Virus record (IMG/VR): IMGVR_UViG_3300025296_000068
Span: 1-33,259 of that record
Strand: one strand, 5' to 3'
From: a virus
Taxonomy: Duplodnaviria > Caudoviricetes
DNA length: 33,259 bases
Positions 17,574-25,378 of this stretch are shown piece by piece. Positions within the stretch are counted from its first letter, which is position 1. Each line of letters begins with the position of its first letter. Both the position numbers and the translations under genes were made by a program. The notes under the pieces are model-generated. The model was not told the origin of the DNA and did no database searches. It worked only from the letters and a program-made list of their open reading frames with translations.

Positions 17574-18515
17574 CTAATGGACGCCGTTAAGGGCTTCGCG
17601 TATTACGTCGGCTGCATCCGGCGCCATCGGGTGCCCTTCCACCCCTAAGCGCCGGTCGAGGGCTTCGTCAAGGCGTTGCATAACTGCAATGTGGAACACA
17701 TCGGCGAACGCCCGCAGCATGTCCTCGGTGACGCCGATGTCGATTTCAGGGACCTCCCGGAAGGCCGTCAGTTCGGCCTGTAGGCGCTCCAAGCCGCGTT
17801 GAAGCTGTGCCTCGGTGAGCGCCAGGTCGCCAGACGAGGTAGCGCCTTCAAGTAGAGCATCGTGCTCCAGGGTCTCCACGTACTCGCGGAGGCCGGGGTG
17901 GACACCGGCGAAGCCCTTGGCTAACTGTAGCGCCTCAGGGTTCGACGGGATGGTCACCTGGGAGATTTCGAGGAGTTCCTGGCCCTTGAACTCGTAGTTG
18001 GGCCACCAGTCGGAGGAGTCCTCCAGCTTGACGGCCTTCTCCATGTCGGGAACGAACCCGACGGAGTAGGCGGCCTTCCCACGCTTTGCAAGCTCCCAGC
18101 CCCAATCAGCCTCCTGGTTCCCAGCGTCCTTGTAGTAGGTAGCGACGCCCTTCAGTTCCTTGGCCTGCCTGTCGACGGACACCGAAAGCTCCCCGATCTG
18201 GTTCGTGAGGCCCCGATAGTTGTGCGAGGAGAGGAGGACATTATGGGTGCGGAAGGTCTTGAGGTCCCAGAAGCTCTGACGGATGATGTCGCCGTCGCGG
18301 TCCTTCGCCTCGGTGGAGAAGACCGCGGAGACGGTGCCCTTGTCCTCGTCGAGGACCTTCGTGGTGGCGGTGACGAACTTGACGCGCCGGTGCTGGGGAT
18401 CAGGGATAGGCAGAAGGAACCTGCTCAGGTCCATAGTCCCCTGGGCAGGCCCGGTATCGTCTATATCGACTCGAGGATCGACGCCAGGGATGCCTTCGCC
18501 GCCGCTCTTAGCCAT
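17574..18515 (-). CDS. HK97-family prohead (capsid maturation) protease
   Basis: 'STEAKDRDGDII', 'VLLSSH', 'AYSVGF', 'ELLEISQVTIPSNPEAL' motifs. Confidence 0.92.
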   Translation of the reverse strand: MAKSGGEGIPGVDPRVDIDDTGPAQGTMDLSRFLLPIPDPQHRRVKFVTATTKVLDEDKGTVSAVFSTEAKDRDGDIIRQSFWDLKTFRTHNVLLSSHNYRGLTNQIGELSVSVDRQAKELKGVATYYKDAGNQEADWGWELAKRGKAAYSVGFVPDMEKAVKLEDSSDWWPNYEFKGQELLEISQVTIPSNPEALQLAKGFAGVHPGLREYVETLEHDALLEGATSSGDLALTEAQLQRGLERLQAELTAFREVPEIDIGVTEDMLRAFADVFHIAVMQRLDEALDRRLGVEGHPMAPDAADVIREALNGVH

Positions 18516-18532
18516 GTCGCCTCCTGTTGGGC

Positions 18533-18584
18533 AACAAAAAAGCGCCCAACCTGTACGTTCCGGTCAACGTACGAGTCGGGCGCT
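18533..18584 (-). terminator. Intrinsic terminator/attenuator hairpin just upstream of the protease RBS
   Basis: mRNA AGCGCCCGAC-UC-GUACGUU-(GACCGG)-AACGUAC-AG-GUUGGGCGCU followed by UUUUUGUU. Confidence 0.75.
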
Positions 18585-18701
18585 CAAGCGCCGGGAGGGA
18601 GGGTGATATGCCCCTGCCTACCTAGCGGGCCACACGGTCGGGAGCATCGGGCGTCTAGCGCACTGGCCCCCGAAAGGGTTCTATATATTGGTTACGCTAA
18701 T

Positions 18702-18732
18702 AGGATAACCACAACACTTAGGGGGTTGTCAA
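18702..18732 (-). promoter_or_regulatory. Candidate sigma70-type promoter for the capsid operon
   Basis: TTGACA (18727-18732), 19-nt spacer, TATCCT (18702-18707), beginning 2 nt after the portal stop. The spacer is longer than optimal. Confidence 0.5.
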
Positions 18733-18734
18733 GC

Positions 18735-21038
18735 CTACTCTATGACGTATCTCTCCGCTTTGCACCGGCGGCACCAGTGCTTCGAGCCCTTCGGTACATC
18801 CTTGGCCAGCAGAGCGTTGCAGTCGGAGCATCGGAACTCGGGTACGACTCGCGCGATAGGCTTGCCGCAGCCTAGACAATGGGTGAGGCCATTCCGGGCC
18901 GCAATCCGGTTTAGGTAGCCACACGGGCATTCCATAATCTGGATGGTTCCGCGCGACTCCTCGACCGCCTGCGCTGCCTCGTCTCCGATCCCCTCCAGCG
19001 GGTCGATGTCCGAGACCGGCGCCGTCCGATAGGTGTTCGCGCAGCGACAGTTGGGATGCTGCGGGATGGTGGAGCGCCCGGAGGGGAATGGGTCTCCTAC
19101 CTTTATCCACCCCGCAGCCTCGTTGGCCCGGCACTCCACTGAGACTAGTTCATCTCCCTGCGTCACCCACTGCTTCTCGTCCTGGTCCTGGATGATCGCC
19201 GCCTGCATGGCCCCCTCCCCGAGTGCCGTGGCCGTCTCCGTGCGGGCCACCAAGCTAGCCCGGTCCTTGCTGAAGGCGAAGTCGGATTGGAGCGCACCCT
19301 GTAGCTCCCCGAGACTCCGGCCTTCCTCGATCGTCTGCGCTACCAGTTCCCCTACCCGCCGTCGCGTATATGCAACGAGGTTGGCATCGCCTGTCACCGT
19401 GAGCAGTTCGGCGCCCCGGTGCTGGGCGTACCGTGAAGCGAGCACCTGGGCCTGCGCCGCCTCGACCTCGGGATAGGCTTCGGCAATGGATAGCTCGAAC
19501 AGGTCCTCCAGTTCGGCCACGGTGTCGTCGCTGTACTTGCTCCACCAATCCCAGTCGTATCCGTTGACATCCGACTCCTCGATCTTCGCCACCGGTGGCA
19601 AATCCTTGGTGAAGTCGCCAATCGTCTGTATGCCCTTGAACTGTTCCAGATATGCAACAAGGGCACTCGACTCGGTAGCCAGGCGATCGGACCACGACTG
19701 AGCTATCAGACGCCGCTGGCTCGCGACGGACTTCGTATCGAAGGCGTCCAGGATAAGGCCATTGAACTCGGCGACCGGGAAGGACCTGCGGGGCGGCTTG
19801 GCGCTCAGGGCAAAGGGTAGCCCTCCACCGGTGGGCTTGAACTCGTCGCCGTCGTCCACCTCGCCGTAGCCGAGGAGGCCACGGGACTCGTTCAGGGTCA
19901 GGATACCTGTCGCATAGCCGTCCCGCGCCTCCAGGAGGTCCCGATCCCGGTCCTGGGGTGTCGGGTCCCGGAAGTCGAAGGTCAGGTCAGACGGTCCGTA
20001 TGTGGGCAATAGGCGCCTATTCAGCGCCCGCCGGAAGCGCCGCAGCCTGGGGCGCACTATCCACCTGCTGAAGGCCACCTCGGCCGCCTCGGCGTTGGCC
20101 CGGTTGACCGACTCGCTGATCCCCAGCATGGCCAGGGGCATCCCGAAGGCGCCGAGGATAATGTCACGCTCCAGGCGCCGTAGCTGCTCCATTTGCATAT
20201 CGCGCTGGGTGTACTTCCGGTCGACCCATTTGCCCTTCTCCAGGATGGCGATGCGATGGGCATTGGCGACGCCCTTGTGCTGCTCCCTCCACCGCGTGAT
20301 GTAGCGTTCCCACGCTGTATCGTCCATTGTCTGGTCAAGCTCGATCACGCCGCCGGGCTCGGCGTTGTTCACGAAGAAGTTTCGTGTCCACTGCCCGGCG
20401 TACTTCTCCGATTCGAGGTCGTATATGAGGGCCTGCACCGGCCCGAGGCCCCGGTAGGGGTTCAGCGGGTGCGGCATCCGAATGAAGATTACGTCGTCGA
20501 CGTCCAGTGGGATGCGCTCGGACCCGATCACATAGAGGTAGCCCTGGATGAACTCGTCGGGGTGAGGGATCGGCCGGATGCGGTCGGGGCGCATAGGCCA
20601 TAGCTCGACGGGCCTGCCCCTGGAATCCCGCAGGATCAGCCACCAGCACTCCCCGGTAAGGTCGAGATGCTGCTGGCACGTCTCCAGGAACTCCTCGCGT
20701 CCGTAAAAGGGGTTAGGCTGCTCCCAGAGGTCGAGGACGGGGTGGGACTCGACCTCCCGGCGGTCGTCGCCGGTCCCACGGTACAGGGTCCACTCGTTGG
20801 CGCCGACCCCTTGGCTAATCCGGCTGACCGTGGAGAACAGCCATCCGACATCGGCGTACCGCTCCATGTTGGCGGTGGGGCTCTGACCAGGCTGGCCACC
20901 ACCGAACAGGCCGCCCATGAAGCCACCGACGAGCCCCAGGTTAGGGGCCATCGGTATCCGGTCCGGTGTCGCTGCCCTGATACGGCTCTTGAGGTAGCGC
21001 CCCATAAGCCCTACCAGGCTATCTGATCGTTCTAGCAC
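18735..21038 (-). CDS. Portal protein (HK97 family) fused to a MuF/SPP1 gp7-like minor head domain and C-terminal zinc ribbons (Mu Com-like)
   Basis: Portal motifs 'QPNPFY', 'LWPMRPDRI', 'YRGLGPV', 'FFVNNAEPGGVI', 'TLNESR'; MuF motifs 'RASLVARTET', 'KQW', 'C..NE', 'PQHPNCRC'; tail 'CPCG..CLGCG..EFRCSDCNALLAK..WCRRCK'. One open frame of 767 aa. Confidence 0.92.
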   Translation of the reverse strand: MLERSDSLVGLMGRYLKSRIRAATPDRIPMAPNLGLVGGFMGGLFGGGQPGQSPTANMERYADVGWLFSTVSRISQGVGANEWTLYRGTGDDRREVESHPVLDLWEQPNPFYGREEFLETCQQHLDLTGECWWLILRDSRGRPVELWPMRPDRIRPIPHPDEFIQGYLYVIGSERIPLDVDDVIFIRMPHPLNPYRGLGPVQALIYDLESEKYAGQWTRNFFVNNAEPGGVIELDQTMDDTAWERYITRWREQHKGVANAHRIAILEKGKWVDRKYTQRDMQMEQLRRLERDIILGAFGMPLAMLGISESVNRANAEAAEVAFSRWIVRPRLRRFRRALNRRLLPTYGPSDLTFDFRDPTPQDRDRDLLEARDGYATGILTLNESRGLLGYGEVDDGDEFKPTGGGLPFALSAKPPRRSFPVAEFNGLILDAFDTKSVASQRRLIAQSWSDRLATESSALVAYLEQFKGIQTIGDFTKDLPPVAKIEESDVNGYDWDWWSKYSDDTVAELEDLFELSIAEAYPEVEAAQAQVLASRYAQHRGAELLTVTGDANLVAYTRRRVGELVAQTIEEGRSLGELQGALQSDFAFSKDRASLVARTETATALGEGAMQAAIIQDQDEKQWVTQGDELVSVECRANEAAGWIKVGDPFPSGRSTIPQHPNCRCANTYRTAPVSDIDPLEGIGDEAAQAVEESRGTIQIMECPCGYLNRIAARNGLTHCLGCGKPIARVVPEFRCSDCNALLAKDVPKGSKHWCRRCKAERYVIE

Positions 21039-21040
21039 GA

Positions 21041-21091
21041 CGGTCGCCTCCCCCTTGCGAATCCCCTCTCAGGTTGTTGCGGAGGCGACCG
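21041..21091 (-). promoter_or_regulatory. RBS-sequestering hairpin in front of the portal gene
   Basis: Perfect 11-bp inverted repeat CGGTCGCCTCC (21041-21051) / GGAGGCGACCG (21081-21091); the 3' arm on the mRNA contains the portal's GGAGG. Confidence 0.65.
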
Positions 21092-21102
21092 GGCCGCCGC
21101 AG

Positions 21103-21222
21103 TTACGCGTAGATGTCCACCGCGCCGTTATCCCGCGGGAGCCCGATGGCGGCGTGGTGGTGTCCCTCATGTCCTGAGCCTCGGCGCCTTGTCCCATTAC
21201 GAATAGAGCACCAGTACATCAT
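21103..21222 (-). CDS. 39-aa peptide with GHEGHH motif
   Basis: ATGA-coupled to the peptidase stop: MMYWCSIRNGTRRRGSGHEGHHHAAIGLPRDNGAVDIYA. Confidence 0.4.
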   Translation of the reverse strand: MMYWCSIRNGTRRRGSGHEGHHHAAIGLPRDNGAVDIYA

Positions 21223-21527
21223 CGCACCCACCCGACCCGGCGCGGCGGCCAGTAGCGGAACGAGACGCGACCAAGGACCTTGTCGATTGGGACATCCGGG
21301 TAGTCGACCACGTCCCGGTTGTCACTGCGGAGGTCGGCGACAACACCCCGTCCCCGGCCGACGGTGAACGTGGTTATCCTCTTCACGACAAGGTCGAGGT
21401 CCACGATAGGCCGAGCGATCACGACGCAAAAGCTGAGCCGGTACCGCACCACGACGCAGCGATCACCGGGCTGGAGCGTCGGCGTCATGGACGTCCCGAC
21501 CATCTTGACCAGCCACGGCCGCCTCAT
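21219..21527 (-). CDS. S24/S26-family Ser-Lys peptidase (signal-peptidase/SodX-like)
   Basis: 'VGTSMTPTLQPGD', 'VVKRI', 'SDN', 'VLGRVSFRYWP' signatures; ATG 21527 in an ATGA overlap; no TM anchor. Confidence 0.85.
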   Translation of the reverse strand: MRRPWLVKMVGTSMTPTLQPGDRCVVVRYRLSFCVVIARPIVDLDLVVKRITTFTVGRGRGVVADLRSDNRDVVDYPDVPIDKVLGRVSFRYWPPRRVGWVR

Positions 21528-21680
21528 GCGTTCAGCCCCGCCGCCATCGCCGCGCCCTGTGCCGACTCGCCCACGACCAGCCCCGGCGTCTGGTGGGGGC
21601 CTTCGTGCTTCGGTGCCCGGCTCCCTCATAATCTCCTTCAGGACCTGGTATGCCCAATGCCACGATCGACAACGCTTCAT
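21524..21680 (-). pseudogene. Small gene apparently frameshifted by an inserted terL fragment
   Basis: Starts MKRCRSWHWAYQ at ATG 21680. After the 33-nt terL copy, another frame reads PKHEGPHQTPGLVVGESAQGAAMAAGLNA* and ends in ATGA overlap with the peptidase. Confidence 0.45.
21611..21643. repeat. Exact 33-bp direct repeat of terL internal sequence 22758..22790
   Basis: CGGTGCCCGGCTCCCTCATAATCTCCTTCAGGA at both places (encodes LKEIMREPGT on the minus strand). Confidence 0.95.
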
Positions 21681-21682
21681 GG

Positions 21683-21922
21683 CTAGACTTCCCCAACGTC
21701 GAGCAGAGTGCCCGACCGCTCGTAGATTTGGCCTAAATGGAAGACCGCCTTCAAGCAACTCTCGATAGGGTGCTCGGCTAGGAGCACCGCGAACATCGCC
21801 GCAAACTCCTCCTGCATTTCCGGGGAAGGCACCAGTGAGCCCTCCTCGATCACGCCAAGGGTATGCTCAAACGCCTTCAGACGGGCGGCGTGGCTTTCGT
21901 CATTCATATAGACGAGTACCAC
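21683..21922 (-). CDS. Hypothetical protein
   Basis: 79-aa ORF, helical; the true start may be the internal MNDESH. Confidence 0.6.
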   Translation of the reverse strand: MVLVYMNDESHAARLKAFEHTLGVIEEGSLVPSPEMQEEFAAMFAVLLAEHPIESCLKAVFHLGQIYERSGTLLDVGEV

Positions 21923-21947
21923 ACGTCAAGCACTTGGCTCCCCTCGC

Positions 21948-22023
21948 GGAGAGTTGCCCGAGTGGCCGAAGGGACTCGTTTTAGAAGCGAGTGGGGTGGC
22001 TTTGATCGGTGCCCCCACCTCCG
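21948..22023 (+). ncRNA. tRNA-like element/pseudo-tRNA: Ser-type 5' half, TAG anticodon, no canonical T arm
   Basis: GGAGAGT-TG-CCCGAGTGGCCGAAGGG-A-CTCGT-TTTAGAA-GCGAG matches a class II tRNA acceptor/D/anticodon arm. The 3' side has one hairpin and ACCTCC-G but no GGTTCRA. Confidence 0.6.
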
Positions 22024-22050
22024 CTTGCCCGTCGACAAGCCCTAGCGTAA

Positions 22051-23316
22051 TCAAACGAACCTCACGCTTGGCTCCCCCTCCAGCATAAGCTCGGACAGGC
22101 CCCACACGACAGCATCGAGGCGGTCCGGCGACGCTTCCCCCGGCTTGTTCTCCCAGGTGCACATCTGATCTTCGAGGTCCGGGAACTCCCCGACGTGGTG
22201 GACCTTGCCCTGTTGGTACAGTGCCGCTACCGGCTCCGCACGGGTACGTTTCCCTCGACTCGCGTGGACTAGCTGAACCGGCACCACCATACCACGATTT
22301 CGAGCGGCGACGCCGATGGTAATCTCCACCAGTTCGCCGCCGTTGTTCGCTTCTGCAACGATGGTGTCGGCCTTTAGCTCCAGGTAGAGGTCGATGGCCC
22401 GGTTAGCCCAGTCCAGCGGCGACATCCTGCCCGAGGCGTCCCGGAAGACGTAACCGTGGCTGTTCTCTCCGATCCCAGCCGCTACGATTCCCGCCTCATC
22501 GCTCTCCTCGGAAGTCGTAACGTTCGGGTCTATGGCTACCACAAGTCGTCGGATATTGTACTGCTCAGGTGTACCAAGCGCCACGCGCCGATCGTCGATC
22601 CAGGCCCGCTGCCATAGCGCCCCCTCTAACTGCTCTATCAGCTCGGCGTATATCTCCTGACGCCCTAGGTTGGTGCCCTCGTACTTGCGGATGATGGCGG
22701 CGAAGAAGGACGGGGGCAGGTTCGCCATGTTGTCGTAGGTGGCGCCCCTGGTGGTCACGGTGCCCGGCTCCCTCATAATCTCCTTCAGGAGCTTGATGGG
22801 CTTCGGTGTCGTGGTGATGGTGACCCTCGGTGCCTGCCCGAGGCGAAGGCCGAATTGCAGGTTGTTCCACGTCTCCCGCGGGTATTTCCACGATCCCAAC
22901 TCGTCGCACCATGCCTCGTCGAACTGGGGGCCTCGTAGCTGGTCGGGCTCATAGGAGCTAAAGCAAAGCGCGAAGGCACCGTTGGGCCACGATAGCTTCC
23001 GGTTGGCCTTGTTGTAGGTTGGCCGTTGATGCGGTGGTGAAACAGCGATCAGGCCGGACTCCCCCTCGATCATCGTGTCCCGGATGTCCGCCGGTGTCCG
23101 AGCCACCAGCGCCCACCTGCCCGAGCGACCAGAGTCTACGCCGTCACGGACTGTCTCGGCGCCCGTCCTCGTCTTCCCCCAACCCCTCCCCGCTAGGATC
23201 AGCCACGTCAGCCATGCCCCCGGCGGCGGCATCTGCTCCGTTCGCGCCCAGAACGTCCACTCGTATAGGAGGGCTCTCGCTTCCTCCTCCGGCAGAGAGA
23301 GCACGAGTGCCGTCAA
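22051..23316 (-). CDS. terL: Terminase large subunit
   Basis: Walker A 'AGRGWGKT', 'LRGPQF..AWCDE' Walker B, 'TTTP' coupling motif, nuclease 'VAIDP', 'EANNGG', 'SPDRLDA'. Start uncertain: TTG 23316 has AAGGA upstream; the frame is open to GTG 23418. Confidence 0.95.
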   Translation of the reverse strand: MTALVLSLPEEEARALLYEWTFWARTEQMPPPGAWLTWLILAGRGWGKTRTGAETVRDGVDSGRSGRWALVARTPADIRDTMIEGESGLIAVSPPHQRPTYNKANRKLSWPNGAFALCFSSYEPDQLRGPQFDEAWCDELGSWKYPRETWNNLQFGLRLGQAPRVTITTTPKPIKLLKEIMREPGTVTTRGATYDNMANLPPSFFAAIIRKYEGTNLGRQEIYAELIEQLEGALWQRAWIDDRRVALGTPEQYNIRRLVVAIDPNVTTSEESDEAGIVAAGIGENSHGYVFRDASGRMSPLDWANRAIDLYLELKADTIVAEANNGGELVEITIGVAARNRGMVVPVQLVHASRGKRTRAEPVAALYQQGKVHHVGEFPDLEDQMCTWENKPGEASPDRLDAVVWGLSELMLEGEPSVRFV

Positions 23317-23722
23317 GGAGTCCTTCTGCTTCAGCCTGCTCAAGTCTTCCAAAGTGGAGACCGAGCTTATCGAGGAGGGCTTTCCTGGGGTCGTCGTAGA
23401 CGTTGAGGTCGATTTCACCTGATACCTCGTGCCGCTGTGCGTTCTTCCACCGCTCCGGGCTCCGGTTGTATAGCCAAACCTGCTGCGCCGTTACGTTGCC
23501 GCCGATCGCCGAGAGGTACATCGCCCCCTCGACGCGCTCGTTCGCCGTAGTCTCCGCATAGGATACGTCCTCGGCGAAGGCCGGATACTTGTGCATGTGC
23601 TTCTCGACGGTCCGGGCGTTGACGCCTACCTGAGCCGCGCACGCCATCCGACGCCCACCGGCGGTAAGGAGCCGGATGTACTCCTTCTTCTTTACTGCGT
23701 CGAACTTTTCGATCCTACCCAT
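23144..23722 (-). CDS. terS: Putative terminase small subunit (HTH)
   Basis: HTH 'RMACAAQVGVNARTV' and 'VEGAMYLSAIGGNVTAQQVWLYNR.PERW' motif; directly upstream of and overlapping terL; ATG 23722. Confidence 0.75.
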   Translation of the reverse strand: MGRIEKFDAVKKKEYIRLLTAGGRRMACAAQVGVNARTVEKHMHKYPAFAEDVSYAETTANERVEGAMYLSAIGGNVTAQQVWLYNRSPERWKNAQRHEVSGEIDLNVYDDPRKALLDKLGLHFGRLEQAEAEGLLDGTRALSAGGGSESPPIRVDVLGANGADAAAGGMADVADPSGEGLGEDEDGRRDSP

Positions 23723-24935
23723 CGACCAGCACCGCCTTCTGGCCAGTGTAGTCTTCCCAGCGTCGGATTGTGACGTCGCAGTAGCGAGGCTCAATGTCCA
23801 AAGCATAGCACCGCCGCCCTAGGCGCTCCGCTGCGATGATGGTTGTCCCAGATCCGACGAAGGGCTCGTAGACATCGCCCTCGTGGTTGCGTATCGGGCG
23901 CTCCATGCATTCGAGCGGCTTCTGGGTGCTGTGCCCTCCCTCGACGTTAGCGTCTAGCGGGATAGCCCATAGCGTCGTCTGGGATCGATCGCCAGCCCAT
24001 GCGGCGGTCTTGCCCTTTCGGACGGCATACCAGCACGACTCATGCTGCCAATGGTAATGACCTCGCCCGATTGCGAATCGTGTCTTGGCCCATACGATTT
24101 GGGATCGCGTCTCGAACCCCTTGGCCTTTAGGCTTTCCTGAACCTCTTGCGCCGTCGCGTCATGCCACACGTAAGCAACGGCGCCTGGGAATAGCGCCCA
24201 TGCCTCGCTCCAATCGGCCCGGTCGTCGTTCGTGACGGTGCCGACTCTTGGGCCTGTCCTGGCAGTTAACCCAGCGTCGGCGCGCCAAATCGCGTCATAG
24301 CTAACCCCATAGGGCGGGTCGGTCACCATGAGATTAGGCGTCACCCCACCCAGCAACGCCCCCACGTCCTCCTCGTCGGTCGAGTCCCCGCACATCAGCC
24401 GGTGCTCGCCGAGCTGCCACACCTGGCCCCGTTGCACCGTTGCAGCGTAGTCGTCCGCCTCGGCTGCATCTATAGCGGCGCCAGTGTCGTGGGTTTCCTC
24501 TTTCGGGTCCTCGGGCAACGTGAGCGTTGCTAGCCCACCATCTGCGACGGACGCAACGAGTTGCGACAGGACATCGCTGTCGAATGCGGCTGCATCGGCA
24601 AGGGTCTTGATGGCATCGGTGTCCGCCTCCGCCATCGCCGCCAAGGGGTCCAGCGTCAGCAGGAGCTTGCGGGCCTCGTCGTCGTCGAGGTCGAGTACGA
24701 GCACCGGGACTTCCGTATCCGGGGTGGTCTCGGCTCGTAGGTGCCCGTCGAGTATCTGTAGGCCGTCCGGCGTCTCCCGCGCGAGGATCGCATCAGCGTA
24801 CCCTATCTCCCCGAGGACCGCTTCAATCGCCCGACGCTGAGCCGGTGGGTGCTGGCGCCAGTTCTCCGGGTGTGGCAGAAGCTCGGACGCCTTGACGGAG
24901 CGTAGCTCCTTTACTCTGTTGCGTATCTGCATCAT
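23715..24935 (-). CDS. ParB-N domain plus beta-class amino DNA methyltransferase
   Basis: 'LLPHPENWRQH...ILDGHLR' ParB/Srx domain; 'GEHRLMCGDST', 'TDPPY', 'HSTQKP', 'EPFVGSGTT'. Confidence 0.92.
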   Translation of the reverse strand: MMQIRNRVKELRSVKASELLPHPENWRQHPPAQRRAIEAVLGEIGYADAILARETPDGLQILDGHLRAETTPDTEVPVLVLDLDDDEARKLLLTLDPLAAMAEADTDAIKTLADAAAFDSDVLSQLVASVADGGLATLTLPEDPKEETHDTGAAIDAAEADDYAATVQRGQVWQLGEHRLMCGDSTDEEDVGALLGGVTPNLMVTDPPYGVSYDAIWRADAGLTARTGPRVGTVTNDDRADWSEAWALFPGAVAYVWHDATAQEVQESLKAKGFETRSQIVWAKTRFAIGRGHYHWQHESCWYAVRKGKTAAWAGDRSQTTLWAIPLDANVEGGHSTQKPLECMERPIRNHEGDVYEPFVGSGTTIIAAERLGRRCYALDIEPRYCDVTIRRWEDYTGQKAVLVDG

Positions 24936-25168
24936 TCCCCCGCGTGTCGCCGCATTACGCCCTCGTCGAACCGAGCAGGCGATACTCGTATCCTCGACCT
25001 TCTATGGGCGCTCATAATCCGAAGTACCAGGACCCTATCGCAGCGAGTACACCGGCCGTGGAGCGGCGTGTTCGGGTATGCAACGATGTATAGGGGGCGC
25101 TCGTTAGCTCCAGGGCAGTTAGCCACAACAGAATGGGCCTCCCGGGCTGAGATAATGGCGGCGTTCAA
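24932..25168 (-). CDS. Small Cys-containing hypothetical protein
   Basis: TTG start; CP...CTRC; ends in ATGA overlap with the MTase. Confidence 0.5.
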   Translation of the reverse strand: MNAAIISAREAHSVVANCPGANERPLYIVAYPNTPLHGRCTRCDRVLVLRIMSAHRRSRIRVSPARFDEGVMRRHAGE

Positions 25169-25180
25169 GACGATCGTGGG

Positions 25181-25378
25181 TCACTCCCTTTTGTTCCTCA
25201 TTGCCCGCCTCCGGCCCTCTGCGGCACGACGCCGGTGCTGTGCTGAAACGTTGAATTGCCCCTCCGGGACAGTGTTGTCCATGTCCCGCTTCGTGTTGCA
25301 TTTACGGCACACGCCTATCGTTAACGCCTCACCTCGAGGTGGCGGGATGAGGAAATGGTGGACGCAGTCACTCGGCAT
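25181..25378 (-). CDS. 65-aa zinc-finger-like protein (CVHH ... GVCRKC)
   Basis: Overlaps the upstream stop; CxHH/CxxC motif and basic tail. Confidence 0.7.
   Translation of the reverse strand: MPSDCVHHFLIPPPRGEALTIGVCRKCNTKRDMDNTVPEGQFNVSAQHRRRAAEGRRRAMRNKRE

Noticed and set aside
21541-21700. Mini-CRISPR array or DGR template explanation for the 33-nt terL copy
   Set aside because: No flanking direct repeats, no adenine-specific mismatches and no reverse transcriptase in the window.
21948-22023. Functional tRNA-Leu(TAG) or tRNA-Ser
   Set aside because: No GGTTCRA T loop, bulged acceptor stem and no CCA; kept only as a tRNA-like element.
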